Below, piece after piece: positions 33,958 through 38,590 of a DNA stretch of 38,590 nucleotides. The notes beneath the pieces are model-generated. The model did no database searches, had not been told where the DNA came from, and saw only the letters and a list, made by a program, of their open reading frames with translations. The stretch is from Candidatus Zixiibacteriota bacterium (GTDB lineage: Bacteria; Zixibacteria; MSB-5A5; CAIYYT01), in the NCBI GenBank assembly GCA_963205155.1, contig CAUJJY010000325.1, positions 1 through 38,590 of the forward strand, given 5' to 3'. Each line of letters opens with the position of its first letter. Position 1 is the stretch's first letter. The position numbers were made by a program, and so were the translations under genes.

Positions 33958-34512
33958 TCAAACTGGCTTCCGCTCTGGAGAGAGATACCAACCCGGATAG
34001 TTCCATGGATCTTTAGTAAGTCCTCGCTTGAGAGGATTCTCTAACATGTAATTGAGTTTTTCGAGCAGTTCGTTTTCATCCCGGATTATTCGATCATAAG
34101 ACTCTGCCTGCCAGATTGACCCTGTCGTGCCCCTGTGCAGATTGATGAGCCGCGCCGATTTGCCTTTCGTCTCCTTGAGAATTCTGCTTAGTGAGTATCC
34201 AGGTAACGGGCTGAAGACTAAGTGCACGTGATCCGGCATCACAACAGTTGCGACAAGTAGGTAGAATTTCTTGTGCCCGTCTATGATGAGATTCTTCACA
34301 ATGAGTATTTCGGTCAATGAAAGTGTCGTCCTGTCGCAATCAAAGCTGACGAAGTAATAAGAACCTTCTAGCTCCCAGTGTGGCAGATGGCGATGCGTGA
34401 TTTTCAGTTCCGATTGCTTACCCGACGTGTCTCTTTCCACGAAGAATTGGGGACTAAAATCTTCACTCACGAAATTCCGCCATCCTAAACTAACGTTAGG
34501 TAGGACAGACAT
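33958..34512 (-). CDS. IS200-like Y1 (HUH) transposase, REP-associated (RAYT-type)
   Basis: HRHLPHWELEGSYYFVSF, the HUH motif MPDHVHLVF, and a Tyr-containing helix SIWQAESYDRIIRDENEL..NPLKRGL. The track's ATG (34512) lies inside the E4 hairpin (MSVLP is REP-derived), so the true start may be an internal GTG such as 34470. Confidence 0.8.
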   Translation of the reverse strand: MSVLPNVSLGWRNFVSEDFSPQFFVERDTSGKQSELKITHRHLPHWELEGSYYFVSFDCDRTTLSLTEILIVKNLIIDGHKKFYLLVATVVMPDHVHLVFSPLPGYSLSRILKETKGKSARLINLHRGTTGSIWQAESYDRIIRDENELLEKLNYMLENPLKRGLTKDPWNYPGWYLSPERKPV

Positions 34513-34569
34513 TCCTGTCTGTCATTTCCCCTTCGACCCACTGTGTCAGACAATAATGTCTGACCTACC
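34499..34569. repeat. REP doublet E4
   Basis: GGTAGGACAGACATTCCTGTCTGTC, then ATTTCCCCTT.., then GTCAGACAATAATGTCTGACCTACC. Confidence 0.85.
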
Positions 34570-34576
34570 AAATACT

Positions 34577-34592
34577 CTTTTCACGTGAAAAC
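34577..34592. promoter_or_regulatory. degenerate parS-like palindrome
   Basis: CTTTTCACGTGAAAAC matches the parS consensus at 12/16 positions and is perfectly palindromic. It sits between REP doublets E4 and E5. Confidence 0.3.
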
Positions 34593-34594
34593 GA

Positions 34595-34665
34595 AGTAGG
34601 ACAGACACTCCTGTCTGCCGCTTCCCCTTCAATCTAACCCGTCAAACAATAATGTCTGACCTACC
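34595..34665. repeat. REP doublet E5 (slightly diverged)
   Basis: AGTAGGACAGACACTCCTGTCTGCC, then GCTTCCCCTT.., then GTCAAACAATAATGTCTGACCTACC. It ends 5 nt from the dnaN stop codon. Confidence 0.8.
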
Positions 34666-34670
34666 GCCCC

Positions 34671-35780
34671 TTAATCCGCCAACCTTAACGGCATCACCAA
34701 ACAAAGATAATCCGCGCCATCGTCAACCGCCGTCACGACCGCGGCCGCCGTCGATGACGACAATGCAAACCGCACTTCGTCACCATCGAGCTGCTTGAGA
34801 ATATCAAGAATATATTGCGCGTTGTAACCAATCTCAAGATCATCCGAATCGTACTGACAAGGAAGCTTCTCCATCGCCTCGCCGCCTAAATCAACATTGG
34901 TTGCCGATAGTTCAAGCGTGTTCTTGGAGATGCTGAACTTCACCTGGCGGGTAAGCGAATTTGATAAAATCGAAACGCGGCGAAGTGTCTCCATCAGCAG
35001 CGTCTTGGGGACAATCAAATTTTTGTCGTTGTTTTTGGGTATCACCTGCTCGGTGTTCGGATACGGTCCCTCGATGATGCGCGTGCTAATCGTGTTATTG
35101 CCGCAAATGAACACCAACGTGCTGTCGCCAAACACCACACCGACTTCATTGATGCTTTCGCTGGCAAGCTTGCTGATCAAATTGAACGCTCTCGGCGGTA
35201 CAATAACGTCGCCATGCAATCCCTGAAGCACTGTGTTGTCGGCTTCCGCACGCGACAACCGGTGGCCATCAGTGGCCACCATCCGCATCCGTTCGCCGTT
35301 AGTCTGCCATAAAATGCCATTGAGCGCCGGGCGCGTCTCATCAGTGGACACGGAATAAGAAGTCTTCGCGATCAAACTGCGCACCACGTTTGCCGGAATG
35401 CGGATTTCTTTCTTGCTATCGTATTCGGGAAGTTTCGGAAACTCATCGGCTGACATGCCGGAAATTTTGTAGTCGCCGGTACCGAAACGCATTTCGATGC
35501 GATTATTGGTTGACTCAATTTCAATTTCAGTTTGCGGAAGTGCGTTGATAATATCCGCAAAGGTCTTTGCCGGGATAGCGACTGAACCTTTTTTAGTGAT
35601 CTTTGTTTCCAGTGAGGTCGTAATTGAAATCTCCAGATCAGTCGCCGAAAGCTTCAGCAACTTACCATCAGCTTCCATCAGGATATTGCCGAGAATCGGT
35701 AGTGTCGACTTGGTTGGAACAGCGCTCATCACAGCGCTAAGAGCTGACTGAATCTTGTCAGTTGTCAAACTGAATTTCAT
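34671..35780 (-). CDS. dnaN: DNA polymerase III beta sliding clamp
   Basis: 369 aa. MKFSLTTDKIQSALSAVMSAVPTKSTLPILGNILMEA, three-domain length, C-terminal LVMPLRL. Confidence 0.96.
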   Translation of the reverse strand: MKFSLTTDKIQSALSAVMSAVPTKSTLPILGNILMEADGKLLKLSATDLEISITTSLETKITKKGSVAIPAKTFADIINALPQTEIEIESTNNRIEMRFGTGDYKISGMSADEFPKLPEYDSKKEIRIPANVVRSLIAKTSYSVSTDETRPALNGILWQTNGERMRMVATDGHRLSRAEADNTVLQGLHGDVIVPPRAFNLISKLASESINEVGVVFGDSTLVFICGNNTISTRIIEGPYPNTEQVIPKNNDKNLIVPKTLLMETLRRVSILSNSLTRQVKFSISKNTLELSATNVDLGGEAMEKLPCQYDSDDLEIGYNAQYILDILKQLDGDEVRFALSSSTAAAVVTAVDDGADYLCLVMPLRLAD

Positions 35781-36016
35781 TTTCCTACTTCCTCAATGTT
35801 CACAATTCGCACCGCGCTCTTATTATAACTTAATTATAAATTTAAAAGTAATAGTCATAATAGTAGTGTGGAGATGTTCCTTTGTAAAGTGATATTCTTG
35901 TCATTGAACGGCATACAACCTTTTGCCACTGTGGATAAACACACCATTCCACATTGATAACCCAACGCAGTTGTGGATGAACTATTTACCGTCAATTTTT
36001 CCACAGCACTATCCAC
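35781..36016. other. candidate oriC (dnaA-dnaN intergenic origin)
   Basis: DnaA boxes: TGTGGATAA at 35930-35938 (9/9), TGTGGATGA at 35972-35980 (8/9), TTTTCCACA at 35997-36005 (8/9), CTATCCACC at 36009-36017 (7/9), TGTGGAGAT at 35867-35875 (7/9). The triplet run TAA TAG TCA TAA TAG TAG (35849-35866) abuts the last box. The AT-rich stretch 35821-35866 has 6 G/C in 46 nt. Confidence 0.6.
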
Positions 36017-37396
36017 CTATTGATGACTGCAAGTTAAGTTAATTAGTTGGTCAATCTGCAGCTTAAAATCCATCGAAGATTTCATATTGTCCTGCACTTG
36101 CTGACAAGCATGAATCACCGTCGAATGATCGCGATTGCCGAAGTTGACACCGATCAATTTCAGCGAAGAAGTCGTCAGCGTGCGGCAGAGATACATCGCC
36201 ACCTGACGTGCATTGACAATCTCCTGCGTCTTCTTCTTCGACTTCAACATCTCTTCCGAAATCTTGAAATATGAAGCCACTTCCTTCTGAATCTGCTCTA
36301 TCGTCACCGGCTTTGACTTTGAACGAATCGAATCCTTCAACACATCCTGTGCCAGCGCCATTGTCAACTCTTTCTTTCGCAGCGAGGCATACGCCACCAG
36401 CCGCACCAAAGCGCCCTCGAGTTCCCGGACGTTTGATGTGATCGAGTCGGCAATGTAGGTAAGAACATCGTTGGGCACCGTCACGCCATCACTTTCCGCC
36501 TTCTTCTGCAAGATTGCCACCCGGGTCTCAAGCGAAGGCGGCTGAATGTCGGCCACCAAACCCCAGCTGAAACGCGACAGCAGGCGCTCTTCCAATCCCA
36601 AAATGTCCTTGGGCGGACGATCTGCCGTGAGTACGATCTGCTTTCCTTCCTGGTGCAGAGCATTGAAAGTATGGAAGAACTGCTCCTGCGTCGATTCCTT
36701 GCCGGTAAAGAACTGGATATCGTCCAACAACAGCAAATCCGCGGTACGATAACGATTGGCAAATTCATGAACCGATTTAGTCGACAACGATCGAATAAAT
36801 TCATTGGTGAAGCTTTCGCTCGACACGTACATCACGCGCAGTTTGTTATTCGACTGGCAAACTGCATTGCCGATCGCCTGAACCAGATGAGTCTTGCCGA
36901 GTCCAACACCACCATAAATGAATAGGGGATTATACCGGTTCTCACCGGGTGCTTCCGATACCGCTTCGCAGGCGGCATACGCAAATTGATTGGAGTCGCC
37001 GACGACGAAACTCTCAAATAAGTAGCGAGGATTTAATCTTGGAGCTGGATGCTCATGATGTCCGCTGCCATTCCCGTTTCCATTAAGAATGGGCGCAGAT
37101 CGGTCTTCCTCCGTTTCGGTCGGAAAAATCTCGGTCTGCACCGGCACTTTCTGAATCTTGAAATCAAAATTCCAGGATTGTTCTGAAACTTCCGCAAGCG
37201 ACTCGCTGATTGCCTGGCTATATCGCTCGGAAATCCAGTGAGCAGCAAAATTATTCGGTACGAGTATGCTGAAACAGTTTCCATTGACGAATTCAACTCG
37301 TGTCGGCTTGAGCCACGTGAAAAATGAAGGTTTGTTCACGCGCTTGGACAGACTGGAGAGACATCTGTCCCAAAGTGCATTAATTTGTTCCTGCAT
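36017..37396 (-). CDS. dnaA: chromosomal replication initiator protein DnaA
   Basis: NPLFIYGGVGLGKTHL (Walker A), LLLDDIQF, the sensor/arginine regions, and the C-terminal DNA-binding domain (ARQVAMYLCRTLT..SLKLIGVNFGNRDHSTVIHA). Confidence 0.97.
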   Translation of the reverse strand: MQEQINALWDRCLSSLSKRVNKPSFFTWLKPTRVEFVNGNCFSILVPNNFAAHWISERYSQAISESLAEVSEQSWNFDFKIQKVPVQTEIFPTETEEDRSAPILNGNGNGSGHHEHPAPRLNPRYLFESFVVGDSNQFAYAACEAVSEAPGENRYNPLFIYGGVGLGKTHLVQAIGNAVCQSNNKLRVMYVSSESFTNEFIRSLSTKSVHEFANRYRTADLLLLDDIQFFTGKESTQEQFFHTFNALHQEGKQIVLTADRPPKDILGLEERLLSRFSWGLVADIQPPSLETRVAILQKKAESDGVTVPNDVLTYIADSITSNVRELEGALVRLVAYASLRKKELTMALAQDVLKDSIRSKSKPVTIEQIQKEVASYFKISEEMLKSKKKTQEIVNARQVAMYLCRTLTTSSLKLIGVNFGNRDHSTVIHACQQVQDNMKSSMDFKLQIDQLINLTCSHQ

Positions 37397-37893
37397 GTTT
37401 ACCCCATAAATTGTGTAAAGAAAAGAGCTATACCTTGTTCGCGTCCGACGCGAAAATCAGTTCGATCGTCAGTCATTTCTTAGTTTTCCTTAAGTGAGAT
37501 CAAAGTTACGCCCGAATACAAAACATCCCATCAACCACTGCCCTAGCCATTACCTTTGTGGACATCATTTGAATCGGTATCAAATCAGGAGCAAACTACG
37601 ACCCGCTCCTACGCACTGATAAGATGTCCTTGATGTTTTCCACACGATGTTAACACATTGTTAACATATTATCTGCCATTGACTTCCGGCTATGAATATA
37701 TCTTTTCCGCCTTCACGAAGTCAAGGAATTCTTCAGAAAATTGCGAGTACGTTAAACACATTGACTGACAGTCAGTTTACCGTCACTATACATTTAAACT
37801 CATCTATATGATTTTCAGCTCTCGCAGCCCCCGCCATAAGGCCAAGTCAAATGATAAGTTGCAGAAGACGTTCTTTCACTGCACGAATTCTCC

Positions 37894-37927
37894 GAAAAGA
37901 AACGGACAAACTTGCAAGTTTGTCCGT
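37894..37927 (-). terminator. intrinsic terminator downstream of the nfu-like gene
   Basis: ACGGACAAACT-tgca-AGTTTGTCCGT is a perfect 11-bp stem (37902-37927). On the minus strand it is followed by TTCTTTT. Confidence 0.65.
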
Positions 37928-37969
37928 CATATTCCTCATTAATGAGATCGAATATTAATCACTACAAGT

Positions 37970-38557
37970 CTAATAGTACGGGTTCACTCCCGCCGAATGA
38001 TCCGTCACATCAACGACTTCACCAACTCCCGGAATTCGCTCTCTGATCGAACGCTCAATTCCGTAGCGCAAAGTTTGTGACGATGATGCACATCCTTGAC
38101 ACCCGCCGGCAAGGCGAAGCATCACTTGGCCATCTTTCACTGCCACACACTCCACGAATCCGCCGTGCGATGCAATCGCCGGGTTGATCTCGTTTTCAAA
38201 CATCTCGTCAACAATTCTCTTGATCTCTTCATCCGACGGTACCGGCTGCTTGAGATCTTCAGCCATTAGCGGTTTGCCCGAATTGATCAACTCGCGGATC
38301 GTCCGTCCAACCTCGCGGCCCAGCACTTGCCATTCTTCGTCCGAATCCTTGCTGATCGTTACGCTGTCGCCGGTCACGAACACTTCACGAATACCCTTCA
38401 ACGCAAAAAGTGCTTCAAGTAGCGGCGATCCCGCCGCCTGCTCACTGTTCTTGCAGTCAAAGGCACCCCCGGGAAACACCGGGCGGTCGACTCGGAATAT
38501 GCAAACATCCGGGTCGGGGAAAAGTTGTGCGGTGATTTTGATTTCTTGTTCAGCCAT
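37970..38557 (-). CDS. NifU/Nfu-family Fe-S cluster assembly protein (Nfu_N plus NifU C-terminal domain)
   Basis: The N-terminal scaffold-like domain ends SPLLEALFALKGIREVFVTGDSVTI. The C-terminal domain carries INPAIASHGGFVECVAV and the CxxC motif GGCQGCASS. Confidence 0.88.
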   Translation of the reverse strand: MAEQEIKITAQLFPDPDVCIFRVDRPVFPGGAFDCKNSEQAAGSPLLEALFALKGIREVFVTGDSVTISKDSDEEWQVLGREVGRTIRELINSGKPLMAEDLKQPVPSDEEIKRIVDEMFENEINPAIASHGGFVECVAVKDGQVMLRLAGGCQGCASSSQTLRYGIERSIRERIPGVGEVVDVTDHSAGVNPYY

Positions 38558-38590
38558 ATATGAACATCCTTTCGGTAATATCCAATCTGC

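Larger units (their letters stand above)
33827..34665. mobile_element. RAYT-type transposase gene flanked by REP doublets (REP/RAYT locus)
   Basis: Y1 transposase ORF bracketed by E2 (33827-33897) and half-copy E3 (33923-33947) on one side, and by E4 (34499-34569) and E5 (34595-34665) on the other. Confidence 0.75.

Noticed and set aside
33827-34665. Possible CRISPR array (repeated 25-nt hairpin units at semi-regular spacing)
   Set aside because: The units alternate in orientation. The 'spacers' are themselves conserved (TTCCCCTT). The array is interrupted by a transposase gene, another copy sits 32 kb away at a gene end, and no cas genes are present. It is a REP family, not CRISPR.
37308-37324. 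Fourth parS candidate (TGAGCCACGTGAAAAA) inside dnaA
   Set aside because: Only one half-site matches and the other arm is unrelated. It lies within coding sequence and could arise by chance.

Overview
This is an origin-proximal chromosome segment of an uncultivated-looking bacterium. The lineage cannot be assigned by eye. Sampled 60-nt lines range from about 43% to 63% GC. Coding density is high, and most genes lie on the minus strand. Reading right to left on the minus strand, the housekeeping core is: nfu-like, dnaA, dnaN, then about 8 kb of accessory and metabolic genes, then rpmH-rnpA-yidD-yidC-mnmE, one opposite-strand secreted-protein gene, and mnmG-rsmG-parA-parB-M23 peptidase-bactofilin. 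After that come a membrane protein, an orphan MoxR ATPase and a lipoprotein. The left third (plus strand) holds a cell-envelope locus: two SDR epimerases, exosortase, EpsI, a UbiA-type phosphoribosyltransferase, a lipoprotein and a dockerin-tagged beta-helix protein. It also holds a Cys-rich ECF sigma factor with a His-tailed membrane protein, small VOC and NTF2-like enzymes, a PEP-mutase-family enzyme and a DpnI-like methyl-directed restriction enzyme. The accessory block contains a ZIP transporter, a NUDIX hydrolase, a serine hydrolase, hbd-crt and two tandem phosphate acyltransferase paralogues. It also contains an IS200-like Y1 (RAYT-type) transposase embedded in a cluster of GTAG-hairpin REP doublets. 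Non-coding signals I can support directly: (1) a candidate oriC in the dnaA-dnaN spacer, with DnaA boxes, a TA(G/A) triplet run and a 13% GC unwinding stretch; (2) a second isolated pair of perfect DnaA boxes 21 kb away; (3) one perfect and one near-perfect parS flanking mnmG; (4) two near-consensus sigma-70 promoters; (5) several intrinsic terminators; (6) rpmH, which is missing from the ORF track. No rRNA, tRNA or CRISPR array was found. All family calls rest on motif recognition by eye and need HMM or BLAST confirmation.
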